Origin: Octopus vulgaris
Lineage: Eukaryota
Reading direction: 5' to 3'
Assembly (NCBI GenBank): GCA_951406725.2
Contig: OX597832.1
Coordinates: 42,594,001 to 42,658,000 of the forward strand
Length of the DNA: 64,000 nt
In this document: positions 1-12,848 of the stretch, one piece after another
How the letters are laid out: each line of letters starts with the position of its first letter
How positions within the stretch are numbered: position 1 is the stretch's first letter
Position numbers and translations under genes: made by a program
Notes under the pieces: model-generated
Databases searched by the model: none
What the model saw: only the letters and a program-made list of their open reading frames with translations
What the model was told of the DNA's origin: nothing

Positions 1-542
1 TAGATGTATGCATGTGTGTGTGTGTGTGTACATATGTATATGTGTGTGTACATATATGTAGGTAAATGGATATGAAAGTAAACAGATAGACATACAAATG
101 GATAGGTACATAGGTAATATGAACATACAAGAATACATACACACACATTCGCAAATGAAGACTGATACACATGACCATATACACACACATTTCACTTCAC
201 ATATGGAGGCACACGTCCATCCATCCATACATACAGACACAGTACATAGTCACAAAACCCCATACACACACACACACACACACATTCAGACATGCACACA
301 CAAGGAGACCGAGGTACGCACACAAATGCAAACACACACATAAAAACGGCACAAATACGAATACACAAACACGTGAATATGTAGAATACATACAAACGTG
401 CACACACACATATATACATACGCACGCACATACATACATATATACATACACTTGCATGGATACACACATACATAAATATATACATTTATGCATACATACA
501 TGTGTGTGTGTGTATGTGTGTGTATGTATATATATATATATA

Positions 543-712
543 GGGAGAGTTTACGAAAAAAACAAAAGACGAAGACAGGTGGTGTACAAAACAAACAAAT
601 GTATTAGTATAACGCTCAGGAATAGAAAAAGTCTTTTACGTTTCGAGCCTACGCGCTTCTACAGAAAAGGACACAGAAAAAACAAGGAGAAAAACAAGGA
701 GAAAAAAAAATG
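543..712 (-). mobile_element. Short Penelope-like terminal repeat (family P1) with hammerhead-like motif
   Basis: Reverse complement closely matches 19677-19852 and 62664-62880; minus strand reads CTGTAGAAGCGCGTAGGCTCGAAACGTAAAAGAC; flanked by (TA)n. Confidence 0.6.
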
Positions 713-726
713 TATATATATATATG

Positions 727-777
<51 letters not shown>

Positions 778-939
778 CTATATATATATATATATATACA
801 TTCCGTCACTGTAACTTCTGCCGATTAACAATATCACATTTCCTTGTTCTATTTTCCTATTTCTATCACCAAAACTACTATATTTTCTATGTACACGTGA
901 ATATATACACACATTGGTGTATCAACAACAATATTACCA

Positions 940-992
940 CCACCACAACTATCGCTACTACCACCTCCACCTTCCTCAATTATCACCATTAT

Positions 993-1023
<31 letters not shown>

Positions 1024-1105
1024 ATCATCACCATCATCGTCACATTCACCAATGAAGCCACTGCACTACCAACACCACCGCCGCCGCCGCCGCAACCGCC
1101 ATTTC
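940..1105. repeat. (CAC/CAT/CGC)n trinucleotide low-complexity tract
   Basis: Direct reading; produces the poly-His/Pro ORFs. Confidence 0.9.
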
Positions 1106-1573
1106 CACAATCCACAGGTGTCCAGAAGTCAATATTCTGTGATAAAATGATGGATCACGTAGCCATGTTTGATGTCAGTCACTCTGATCACTTATCGATC
1201 GATAGCGGCAAATACGATACGCCAAACGCGCATGCGCGCAAGCACATACACGCACACACGAGCCCACTCGTTCAACACACACACACAGACACGCACACAT
1301 ATTCAAATACATCTGAATACACTAACACACAGACGAAAAAAAAACACAGACACGTACTCTCAGTTGCACACACACACACAAAATTATGCACGCACGCATT
1401 CACCAATACTTACAGACACACATTCACACAACAGACGCACACATACAACATCAAGGATACACACACACATATATATTCACGTTCACTTTTAGCTATCCAC
1501 ATATACACATGCATATAAATACACATGCATATGCATACACGTGCATATATATATGCACGTATAAATGCATATA

Positions 1574-1806
1574 TATTTCTTTACTACCCACAAGGGGCTA
1601 AACATAGAGGAGACAAATAAGGACAGACATAGGTATTAAGTCGATTACATCGACCCCAGTGCGTAACTGGTACTTAATTTATCGACCCCGAAAGGATGAA
1701 AGGCAAAGCCGATCTCGGCGGAATTTGAACTCAGAAAGTACAGACAGACGAAATACCGCTAAGCATTTCGCCCGGCGTGCTAATGTTTCTGCCAGCTCGC
1801 CGCCTT
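1574..1806 (-). mobile_element. tRNA-derived SINE family B, monomer
   Basis: Minus strand starts GGCGGCGAGCTGGCAGAAAC, has B-box GAGTTCAAATTCC and central CTTTGCCTTTCATCCTTTCGGGGTCGATAAA (resembles the Nin/Deu-type SINE domain); same family at 8528, 13826, 46930. Confidence 0.85.
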
Positions 1807-2528
1807 ATATTCATACCAACAGAATGATCCAAATAGACCTATGGTTTCTGGGTAATATATCCATTCGGCGGTACTAGGCGGTACTAGAGATAGCAGCCAC
1901 TCGCTCTTGCTCACAGTGTATACTTTTAAAGCCACACACAATCACTGATCTCGTAAATAGAAAAGCAACTAGTTTTAAATCTGTGAGCAAGAAATACGTA
2001 GTAACGGCACCGTACAGCAAAGTCTATTCGCCAACGCAACGTGGCAGTCCTATCCGCTCTTGTTGTTGGCAACTCTGACTAGACTTGCGACGAATATTGG
2101 AGCAATTTTCCGTTGCCTTCTAGAATTTGAACTCAGTAAGTAGAGAGCCGGAATTTATACCATAAAGTATTTCTGCTGGCGCACTGACCATTCTATTACT
2201 TTCCGTTTTCTATAATCATCTGGAAATTGGTGATGAGAGTTCTGCGTGACGATTGTATTGATGTTCGGCTTCCAAGAAACCATTTAATTCTGCTCATATT
2301 GTCTAACACTCTGTCGTTTACACTCGCGAATATACATTTATCACATACACATACACATGTACGTACACACACATACACACACACACACGTACGTACACAC
2401 GTACGTACACACACACGCACACACACGCTTACGTACATACACACATATACACACACACACATACACACACACACATACATACATACACATAAATTGTGCT
2501 CTCTTCCACTGTGATCAATAGAAACAAT

Positions 2529-2734
2529 ACTCTTTTACTTGTTTCAGTCATTTGACTGCGGCCATGCTGGAGCACCACCTTTTTAGTCGAGCAAATCGAT
2601 CCCCGGACTTATTCTTTGTAAGCCTTGTACATATTCTATCGGTCTCTTTTTTGCCGAACCGCTAAGTTACGGGTATGTAAACACACCAGCATCGGTTGTC
2701 AAGCGATGTTGGGGGGACAAACACAGACACACAA

Positions 2735-2765
<31 letters not shown>

Positions 2766-2830
2766 AACACACACACACACACACACACGCATACACACAC
2801 ATATACACACATACACATACATATATATAT
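2529..2830 (-). mobile_element. SINE family A, 3' half plus internal (CA)n
   Basis: Reverse complement of the GCTCCAGCATGGCCGCAGTCAAATGACTGAAACAAGTAAAAGAG tail seen in full copies at 32999 and 60318. Confidence 0.85.
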
Positions 2831-3059
2831 TCTTAACTATGTACAAAATATGAGAATAACCTGTTTTTAGTTTTCCGACTTTTTCTTATTCTTTCAATTC
2901 ATAATATTTGCTAAGACGGACATACAAGTAGAAACCGGTAATATTTTACGAAAAATCATTCAATATACCAAATATAAAATAATCTTTAAAATCTTTAAAC
3001 ATACTTTCGTGCTTTTCCCACCTTTATTTTTAACTACACACGTACTGTTGGTCATATTT

Positions 3060-3215
3060 TACCTTCTCTGAATTTTTCAGTTTTCCTTTCTGATGAAAAG
3101 CTATGCTCAGAACGTCAAAAATAATTTTTACCGAGCGTCAAACTAATACATTCCATGTGTACGTACTCTTGTTCGTTACTTTTACTTTTGACGTTCCTTT
3201 ATTCGATTTCACTAC
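3060..3215 (+). mobile_element. Decayed Penelope-like terminal repeat (family P2) with hammerhead-like motif
   Basis: CTGATGAAAAGCTATGCTCAGAACGTC at 3090; downstream CCGAGCGTCAAACTAATACA shared with the minus-strand copy at 49340-49535. Confidence 0.5.
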
Positions 3216-3463
3216 ACACACATAAATACGTATCGGTGTGTATTGTGTGTACGTAATATTTTGAGTAGGCAATCAACGCAAACTTATTAATGGTGAGACT
3301 CTATAAGTATGAGAAGATTTCAAATTTATTAATCATGTTTGAAAGTTGAATGGATGAATAACCTGCTCAGGTTAAAATTGATATCTAAGTCATTCTAGCA
3401 TAATTAATAAACAAATAAATAGATGCATATATACATGCTTACGTACATGGAAGATGTACGTAG

Positions 3464-3602
3464 GTGTGTGGTAAGTAGCTTGCTTACTAACCACATTGTT
3501 CCCACTGCGTGGTACCTTGGGCAAGTGTCTTCTACTATAGCCTCGCAGACCAAAGCCTTGTGAGTGGATTTGGTAGACGGAAACTGAAAGAAGCCCGTCG
3601 TA

Positions 3603-3658
<56 letters not shown>

Positions 3659-3947
3659 TATATATATATATATATATGTCTGTATGTATGTATATGTACG
3701 TGTGTGTATGTGTTTGTGTGTCTGTGTCTGTCCCCCAACATCGCTTGACAACCGATGCTGTTGTGTTTACGTCCCCGTAACTTAGCGGTTCGGCAAAAGA
3801 GAGAACCGATAGAATAAGTACTAGGCTTACAAAGAATAAGTCATGGGGGGGGGGGGGGGTTCGATTTGCTCGACTAAAAGGCGATGCTCCAGCATGGCCA
3901 CAGTCAAATAAACTGAAACAAGTAAAAGAGTAAAAACAATAAAAGAG
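3464..3947 (+). mobile_element. SINE family A, near full length
   Basis: TGTGGTAAGTAGCTTGCTT head, GACCAAAGCCTTGTGAGTGGATTTGGTAGACGGAAACTGAAAGAAGCCCGTCG body, internal (TA)n(TG)n, conserved tail; G-run expansion at ~3845-3859. Confidence 0.9.
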
Positions 3948-4846
3948 TCTGTGAGTTTTATTATGCCGTTTGGCAATGTGAGAATATTGTATGTATGTAT
4001 ATACGATTCTCTATACGTATCGGATGACTTCTCTTGTTATCTGTTCATCTATATTGTTTGTAGCCTTGAAAATGCATGCATTTTTCACGCAAATGCATTG
4101 ATAGGTAGCTATGAGAATTCGCAGTTAGTTTCCTTACATAAACGACTGTTACAGCGTATTAAAATCTGATTTCTTTCTCGTTTCAATGCAACGTTGCAAA
4201 TTACAAAGCAATGGCGCATCAACTTAAATTTCAACGTTTTGTGATACGCACACACACACAGACACACACACACACGCGTATACAAATATGCTGCTATAAT
4301 GCAATTGCATTGTTAAGCGGCTGCAGCTGCAGCTGTTGCCGCAAGTTGCTGTTCCTACTGCTGCACTTGCTGTTGCTACTAATAGTTCAGGTGTGTTGCA
4401 CCTCTGTTGCTTCTGTGTCGTTCGCTTTGCATTTATACAACGGTAGCTGAACATGTGTGCAGCTCACCGTACAACTATAATATAGTTATAGAGCTCCTAC
4501 AGTGCAACACTGCACAAAAGCGACTAGATTGTATCACCATTAATGTACTTAGCTATGACGCCGTGATGGTGAACAATAGCGTCGGCGGTTGTTATAGGTT
4601 CTTAATAACAGGTCAATCTTTGGTTCGCTGCGTTTTCTTCGTGGCGAGAACGATAAGGAAGTGGGGAAGGCTGGAGGTGACGGGTGGAATAAATTACCAG
4701 AAGGGATTTGCGTTTCATGCGCTGGTTTCTCAATGAGGTGTAATTCATTCTCTGATACACCCACACACCCACCCACACACACTGGTATATGTATGTGTGC
4801 GTGTAAAATATATATACGTACGTACATATACACATACAGATATGTA

Positions 4847-4890
<44 letters not shown>

Positions 4891-5061
4891 CACATACAGA
4901 TATATACATACGTAAATGCGTACATATACATGTATATTATATATACGTACATGCATATATATATATGCGTATATATATATATTTTTTTATTCGTCTATGT
5001 GTTTCAACCCTAAGGCTGTGGCCATGCTGGGGAACGTATACATACAGACATATATACATAT

Positions 5062-5118
<57 letters not shown>

Positions 5119-5293
5119 TACAGACATATATATATGAACAACCACGTTGTTGTTACATCCATACTATAGATACCACACAAATGTGCGACTAGTTCTATGA
5201 CTCCACTATAAGCTTTATAACGCTGTACTATTATTTATATTCTATTGTGCATCACTGCAGCTGAGTATGTATGTATGGATGTGCGTATATATA

Positions 5294-5387
<94 letters not shown>

Positions 5388-5397
5388 ATATATACAC

Positions 5398-5482
5398 TTT
5401 GAGCAAGTGTCTTGTACTATAGCCTCGCGCCGACCAAAGCCTTGTGAGTGGATGTGGAAGGCAGAAACTGTAGAAACCCACC

Positions 5483-5551
<69 letters not shown>

Positions 5552-6018
5552 AAACATTACGTTATATAATTAGGGTTCAGTAAAAAAAAATTACTTTACC
5601 ACAACCGAACTTTTAGAAATAGCAGCCAAAAAATCTTAGCTATTTCTTCTACTATAAGAAAAGTCTCCCAGACAATGTATACTCAAAAATAATTCACGTA
5701 GGTATAGAGGGAAATATATATATATATATATATACACGTTTGTGTGCGTGTGTGTGTAATTGTGTGTGTGTGTGTTTGTATGTGTGTATGTGTGTGTATG
5801 TATAAATATATATATGTATATATTTATGTGTGTGTGTGTGTCTTTGTGTCTCTGTTTGGGCAACCGATGCGTTTCGGCGAAATGAGCCGATAGCATAAAC
5901 ACCAGGCTTGCAAAGAGTGGAAGTCCTGGGATCGATTTCTTCGACTAAAAGCCCTTTAAAGGCGGTGCTCCAGCCTGGCCGCAGTCAAATGCCCGAAACA
6001 AGCAAAAGAACAAAAGAC
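5398..6018 (+). mobile_element. Diverged SINE family A interrupted by (TA)n and an unrelated insert
   Basis: GCAAGTGTCTT...CCAAAGCCTTGTGAGTGGAT at 5400-5455 and tail GGCGGTGCTCCAGCCTGGCCGCAGTCAAATG at 5960-5990. Confidence 0.7.
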
Positions 6019-6770
6019 TATGCATGCATGTATGTATGCGTGTGTGTGTGTATGCATGTATATCGATGCATGGTAGATACGCCGTTGTATCAACAGGCAC
6101 TAATTTGTACAGCCATACTGCAACCGGGCTGCTGCTTAGTTGCAGCTATTTAGCAATATATATTTTTTTCCACCGCTGTATTTGTGCGACCGTGACACTG
6201 CACAAGACAACTGTTGTTACTAAGCAGGTGCACTAGAAGTCTGGCAAGGCAACCAATGAGCACCTTCGTGGTGGTCGTCTAATAAGCTAGAAAGAGAAGC
6301 CAATCGAATCTCGGCTCAGTTCACGCATTATTGACGATTAAAAAAATGGAAGAAGAAAAAATAAAAGAAAGAACTGGGCCCTATTGAATTATAGAGATAT
6401 CTATATGTAGTAGATGTGGTGGTCACAGATGGAGCGCTGTTTATGATAATACGTCTGCTGGACAAGGGCTGACCGGAAGTTAAACGGTAGAAATAGTATC
6501 ATATACAGTACTTCATTACATCACTAAGTTCATATATACAGACGCACGTACATGGATATCTACATATAGACACACACACACATCCGAGCGCATATACACA
6601 TATGTATATATACACACACGTCTTTCTGTCAATCCCTCTCTCTCTATATATATATATAATACGCACACACAGACACATGTACGTATGTATATATACACAT
6701 ATACATATATAGGTATATATACACATTTATACTCATGCCTATATATTTGCATACAAATATGTACACAAGA

Positions 6771-6813
<43 letters not shown>

Positions 6814-6816
6814 ATA

Positions 6817-7100
6817 TATTCATGTATAAATATATACGTATTAATACATATAAATATATACATACAAATGCATTATGTATAGATACACACACTCACATGC
6901 ATATATATATGTGTGTATGTATGTATGCTTGCATATATATATATATTTATAAATAAATATAAATATCTATATTTACATTAGACACATGCATATACATGTG
7001 TGTGTATATTCATGTATAAATATATACGTATTAATACATATAAATATATACACACAAATGCATTATGTATAGACACACACATTCACATGCATATATATAT
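6817..7100. repeat. Local direct duplication of ~95 bp
   Basis: TATTCATGTATAAATATATACGTATTAATACATATAAAT...AAATGCATTATGTATAGA occurs at ~6817 and ~7006. Confidence 0.85.
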
Positions 7101-7426
7101 ATATATATATATACATGTATTTATAATTTTATACAAGTATATGTGTGTGTGTGAATGCAATCATATCATATCGCTCTGCAGCTGCCTTGTGCAAAGAGGC
7201 TGCTAAAATTGCATCATTGCCTATACATGCATAAATTTCCTTTAGTCAGCCGCTCTGCAGCTTTAAAGGATCAACAATTGTTCCCACTCTATTGCAACTG
7301 CAACACATGTGGTTCCTTACACTGAAATATATTTCCATTCAATCATGGTTATCGACTTTGCAAGAAATAGCAGCCAAATCCCCCCTCAAATCGTACACTA
7401 TATCTCTTTAAAACTGGAGATTAATG

Positions 7427-7815
7427 GCTTGTGGGTGAATTTGTTAGACACTCTGTGGAAGCTCGTCGTATACATACATATATATATATATATATAGATA
7501 CACACACTCACGCACGCACACACACACACACACACAGACACACACACACGTAGATACACATAATATATGTATGTATCTATGTATGTATATATGTGTGTGA
7601 GTACGTCTATGTGTCTGTGCTTGTCCCATTTCCAACTTGACAACCGGTGCTGGTTTATTTGTGTCTCTGCATCCTAGCGGTTCGGCAAAAGAACCCGATG
7701 AAATAAAAACCAGACTGAAAAACGAATAGTAGGGTCGATATGTTCTACTAAATCCCTTCATGGTGATGCCCTGCCTGGCCGCAGTCCCTTGAGATACAAC
7801 AATAAATGATAAAAG
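7427..7815 (+). mobile_element. Old diverged SINE family A copy
   Basis: CTTGACAACCGGTGCTGG, TAGCGGTTCGGCAAAAGA and CTGGCCGCAGTC blocks collinear with family A. Confidence 0.7.
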
Positions 7816-8154
7816 AAGAGCTCTACCCCCTAACCCACAAAACTGACAACGATAACGCGTGATGGTCCCGGCTGGAACGGCTTGGATTATAAGTCTGCTT
7901 AGAGAACAACAGAAGCACTAAGATTCTTACCCATTCCTCTATGTCTCTGCACAGCAATATCTATGCCACTGCACTTCATCTATGTGCAGCTTGACTGCAA
8001 ATATACGCTTCACTGCATTCCTGATGCTATTGTTTCTGCCAAAATTGCACGTCTAAGGCTGCAGCTGCACTTCCATTTATGCATACCGCTAGAATTCAAT
8101 AGCAATGCTACATGGCATCTGTCTATGCCTGCGAGCTCTATTGCTCTGCTACAC

Positions 8155-8155
<1 letters not shown>

Positions 8156-8214
<59 letters not shown>
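8156..8214. repeat. (TAT)n tract = (TAA)n tail or target of the adjacent R4/Dong LINE
   Basis: Pure trinucleotide run directly 3' (minus strand) of the LINE 3' UTR. Confidence 0.85.
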
Positions 8215-8215
<1 letters not shown>

Positions 8216-8527
8216 TTTCGTTTTTCCTTTGATTTCCATTTCGTTTCATCTTTCGGCTGGGTTCCGACTAAACACTTCAGGCATGTATACATTAGATGCA
8301 GAGAAACTTCCTGAGAAAGTGAGCAGTTGATGTCTGCACAATTTTTTAACCTCGTAGATTGTTGGTTTGTCTGGGACCTAGTCAAATATATTTGTCGGTA
8401 CCTTTCTTGATCATTCCCAGGGCCCTCACAACAAGGATTGCTTTGGTTTTTAATTGCCATATCCATACGCTGGTGTTCCTTAAAATTCCTGTTGATGACA
8501 TCATGGTTATACTGGACAGCTGATACC

Positions 8528-8935
8528 TGTTTCTTTACTACCCACAAGGGGCTAAACATAGAGGGGACAAACAAGGACAGACAGATTATATCGACTCCAG
8601 TACGCAACTGGTACTTAATTTATCGACGCCGAAAGGATGAAAGGCAAAGTCGACCTCGGCGGAATTTGAACTCAGAACGTAGCGGCAGACGAAATACCTA
8701 TTTCTTTACTACCCACAAGGGGCTAAACACAGAGGGGAACAAACAAGGACAGACAAACGGATTAAGTCGATTACATCGACCCCAGTGCGTAACTGGTACT
8801 TAATTTATCGACCCCGAAAGGATGAAAGGCAAAGTCGACCTCGGCGGAATTTGAACTCAGAACGTAGCGGCAGACGAAATACGGCGAAGCACTTCACCCG
8901 GCGTGCTAACGTCTCTGCAAGTTCGCCGCCTTATA
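8528..8935 (-). mobile_element. SINE family B dimer inserted in the LINE, with 14-bp TSD
   Basis: Two ~185-bp units; flanked by GGACAGCTGATACC (8514-8527) and GGACAGCCGATACC (8936-8949). Confidence 0.9.
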
Positions 8936-9552
8936 GGACAGCCGATACCGGCTGGGAGCTTATAGCTGCAATTTTATTCTGAGAGTTCAGTTCAGTATTC
9001 AGAACCATTCTGACGCCTCTATAATATTCTTTCCTGATCTGCTTCTTCCTCGACCTATGCCGAATTCCTTTCCTTTCGTTTACCCCAAGATACTTATGAA
9101 AGCCTTCTTGATCCAGATCCTTGTCAATTGCATCATTATCGAGAGGTATCGAAGTATTAGCTGTCAACTTAACGTATTTAAAGGTATCTTTTTCACATTT
9201 AATGAGGCCAAATTCTATATTGTTGCCATCACTGAATTTTTTTCACATTTACCAGTAACCTTTTCGGATCCTTGTCATCTTTTGCATATAATTTCACGTA
9301 GATCAAAGGTGAAATGATCTTATCAAACATTTTGTACCCGTAATTTGTTCCATTCAACAAGTGGGACAAGAGAAGGAAGGAAAGACAGAAGTAAAGAGGG
9401 GAGATCGAATCGCCCTGGAGTATTCTACGATCTATTTTATGTTCTTTAACACATTCAAGTCTTTACCGTGATTGAGAAACAATTTCGTGTTCCACGGTCT
9501 AATATTATGTAGAAGAAAACGTTTTACGAAAGGGAAGATCTTGTATGTATTC

Positions 9553-9818
9553 GTTGTTGTTGTTTGTTCCTTCTCGAGCCACGCCTGGCTCAGAGGGCCG
9601 GTTTCCCGGTTTCCTTGGCGTATATGTTCCCCACCTGGACGTGACGCCGGTCCGTCGCAAGTGAGCGGCAAAATGCACGAGGAAAGAGAGAGAAAGTTGT
9701 GGCGAAAGAGTCAGCAGAAGTTCGCCATTACCTTCTGCCGGAGCCGCGTGGAGCTTAGATGTTTTCGCTCATAAACACACACATCGCCCGGACTAAGTTT
9801 CGAACCCGTGATCCCTCG
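9553..9818 (-). mobile_element. SINE with family C body and family D-like tail, inserted in the LINE
   Basis: GAAAGTTGTGGCGAAAGAGT and GTTTTCGCTCATAAACAC shared with 14858-15233; CCGGTTTCCCGGTTTC...GGCGTAT.TGTTCCCC shared with 44520; (AAC)n tail. Confidence 0.75.
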
Positions 9819-10378
9819 ACTTTTAGATATCTTATTTTGTCTTAAGCATTGAGCCTTAACCCGAACATTTTTCCTTAACCAACTCTTTTGCTCTCGGGTC
9901 TTCATTCATGTTCATCAGATTGTACTTTCGCTTCATCAATCTCGCCATTCGCGTCTTCACATACTTTTCTTTGAAGAGTTCGTCTGAGATCGATAATTCC
10001 CATCGGAAGCTCCCAATTTTCCTTATTTACGCGCTCCTTCCACATTCACTGTTTGTGCTGTTTGGGGGAGCCCTTTTCTTTATTTTGACGTCTATTTTCT
10101 TTGTGACAGCAATAGACGTTGAGTATATAAGATGGTTTAACGAAGAGAAATCTGTCTCAGTTTCAAGGAAAAGCTGCTTCGGGGCACAGTCATATATTCT
10201 GACCGTGCAGCTATTTGATTTGGCGTTCTGAAACTCTGGCAAGTAATCGCTCTCATTAATTCCTAGCTGTTTCGAAATGCTTGTCGCTTTCAAGATATCA
10301 TTTTTTGCCTCAAGTATTTTCCCTCTATTGGCTTCAATAAATGTACCAGCCATTGCAGCTTCAGGCTCATTCATTCAT

Positions 10379-10505
10379 TCTTCTTCTTCTTCTTCTTCTT
10401 CTTCTTCTTCTTCTTCTTCTTCTTCTTCTTCTTCTTCTTCTTCTTCTTCTTCTTCTTCTTCTTCTTCTTCTTCTTCTTCTTCTTCTTCTTCTTCTTCTTC
10501 TTCTT
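10379..10505. repeat. (TTC)n microsatellite
   Basis: Pure run of ~125 bp. Confidence 0.95.
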
Positions 10506-10532
10506 GCTGTTCTTGTTGTTATTATTATTATA

Positions 10533-10647
10533 GGCGCAGGAGTGGCTGTGTGGTAAGTAGCTTGCAAGTATCTTCTACTATAGCCTCGGGCCGACCAAAG
10601 CCTTGTGAGTGGATTTGATAGACGGAAACTGAAAGAAGCCCGTCGTA

Positions 10648-10725
<78 letters not shown>

Positions 10726-10932
10726 TGTGTTGTGTGTTTGTCCCCCAACATCGCTTGACAACCGATGCTGGTGTGTTTATGTCACCGTAACTTAGCAGTT
10801 CGGCAATAGAGACCGATAGAATTAGTACTAGGCCTACAAAGAATAAGTCCTGGGGTCGATTTGCTCTACTAATGGCGGTGTACCAGCATGGCCGCAGTCA
10901 AATAACTGAAACAAGTTAAAGAGTAAAAAAGA
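10533..10932 (+). mobile_element. SINE family A with deletion across the B-box region
   Basis: GGCGCAGGAGTGGCTGTGTGGTAAGTAGCTTG joined directly to CAAGTATCTTCTAC; rest collinear with the 32999 copy. Confidence 0.9.
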
Positions 10933-10972
10933 TACATACACATATATTATATATATATATACATATATATAT

Positions 10973-11176
10973 GTAGCACGGATTTTTGTCAGTGAACAGG
11001 TCGCGGTCTTAAAGCGACGAAAATATTTTGTCAAATTAAACTTAAATGTTGAAGTGAATCGAACGGCTTTTGTGTGTTTCTTAAATGGCTTACAAACACC
11101 TTCCACGCTGCAATTGTCTTCGTTTCAGCACACGATCTAAGATCAAATCACTTGCTATGCAAGTACATCTCCGTAA
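10973..11176 (+). mobile_element. Short dispersed repeat (family P3, Penelope-like) with hammerhead-like motif
   Basis: Closely matches 55349-55608; motif TTTGTCA-GTGAACA-G-GTCGC(9 nt)GCGAC-GAAA-ATATTT. Confidence 0.6.
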
Positions 11177-11287
11177 TATATATATGTATATATGTGTATA
11201 TATATGTATAAACACAAATATATGTATACATATATATATATATATACACATATATGTGTATATATCTATATATCTATATCTATATCT

Positions 11288-11369
<82 letters not shown>

Positions 11370-11577
11370 ATATATATATATATATATATACACATACATA
11401 TAATATACATCTTGTATATATCTTATACATACATTATGCATATATCATATTTTAGATGCGTTTGCATTGCAACTGCTTTATGTAAGTTTGCAGCGATTGT
11501 GCATGGTTGCATCCATTCAGTATTCCTCGTTCATCTTTTTATCTGTACTACTACACCGAATTAGGTTCCGGAATGCA

Positions 11578-12033
11578 CCACACACACACACATGCACACA
11601 CACACAGACACACATGCACACACACACACATGCATGCACACACACACACACACACATGCACACACACATGCACGCACACACACACATGCGCGCGCACACA
11701 CACACACACATGCACACACACATGCACACACACACACACACATGCACACACACACATGCACACACACACATGCATGCACACACACACACACACATGCACA
11801 CACACACACACACACATGCACACACACACACATGCGCGCGCACACACACACACATGCACACACACACATGCACACACACACACATGCGCGCACACACACA
11901 CATGCACACACACACACACATGCATGCACACACACACACACACACACGCATGCACACACACACACATGCGCGCGCACACACACACACATGCACACACACA
12001 CACACACACATACACACACACACACACACACAC
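11578..12033. repeat. Compound (CA)n/CATG/CGCG minisatellite
   Basis: Alternating purine-pyrimidine tract of ~450 bp. Confidence 0.95.
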
Positions 12034-12646
12034 ATCGTAACATATCGATGCATACCATTGCAGAGAATGTGTATTTCAATTTCATGCTCCTTGATATATT
12101 TATGGAATATCTCTCACGCACAAAAAAGACCAATTGAAGAAGACATCTTGCAATGCGCGCTAGTAACACAGTTGTAATAAGGTGGGGTGGGGGGGTGGGA
12201 GGGGGACAGGTGCATAATGGCGTCTCATTTGCCTGCAATGCATATATCGAATACGATTAAATAGTAAGGGAATACATCGAATAAGCGATGTAGTGACTTG
12301 TAGTAAAGCTTAATGCATTCTTCTTGCAAGACAGCCGAGGAAAGGCAGCGGTATTGGAAATATATGTAGTCCCCTAAATATACAGCATGAGTCAATATTG
12401 GGATAATATGAGCGTGTATGTATGTGTATGTATGTATGTATGTATGCAGATAGACTAAGTATCTGTCTATACGTAGATACAATGTGTGTGTATATATATA
12501 TATAAGATTGATAAATAGATACATATGTATGTGTATATGTATGTGCGTGTGTGTGTGTGTGTCTGTAGATAGATGTAGTATTTCTCTACATAAATTATAC
12601 ATATATATAGTATATAGATATTATATACAGTATATCTATCTATCTG

Positions 12647-12715
<69 letters not shown>

Positions 12716-12716
12716 G

Positions 12717-12848
12717 CTGGGAAGAAGGCTGGAGGGTATATCAGCCGAAACGTTGTGTTAACAACAAATAAGATGAGGACAAATATCCGTCGAATGTAAA
12801 TAATGTAAATAATGTACATAATTCCTCATCTCTTAAATATAGAACTGT
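12717..12848 (+). mobile_element. Penelope-like 3' terminal fragment with decayed hammerhead-like motif
   Basis: GAAGAA-GGCTG(10 nt)CAGCC-GAAA-CGTT followed by an AT-rich tail. Confidence 0.5.

Larger units (their letters stand above)
8215..10375 (-). mobile_element. Decayed, internally deleted R4/Dong-clade non-LTR retrotransposon, interrupted by two SINEs
   Basis: Minus-strand translations: RT motifs ILQGDSISPLYFCL, KLYAKDD, FSDGNNIEFGLIKC (9190-9430); thumb region KYLGVNE...IRKEYYRGVRMVLNTELNSQNKIAAI (8950-9100); C-terminus VRALGMIKKGTDKY...TSTAHFLRKFLCI* (8290-8435); N-terminal LNHLIYSTSIAV (10100-10140); stops and frameshifts present. Confidence 0.85.
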
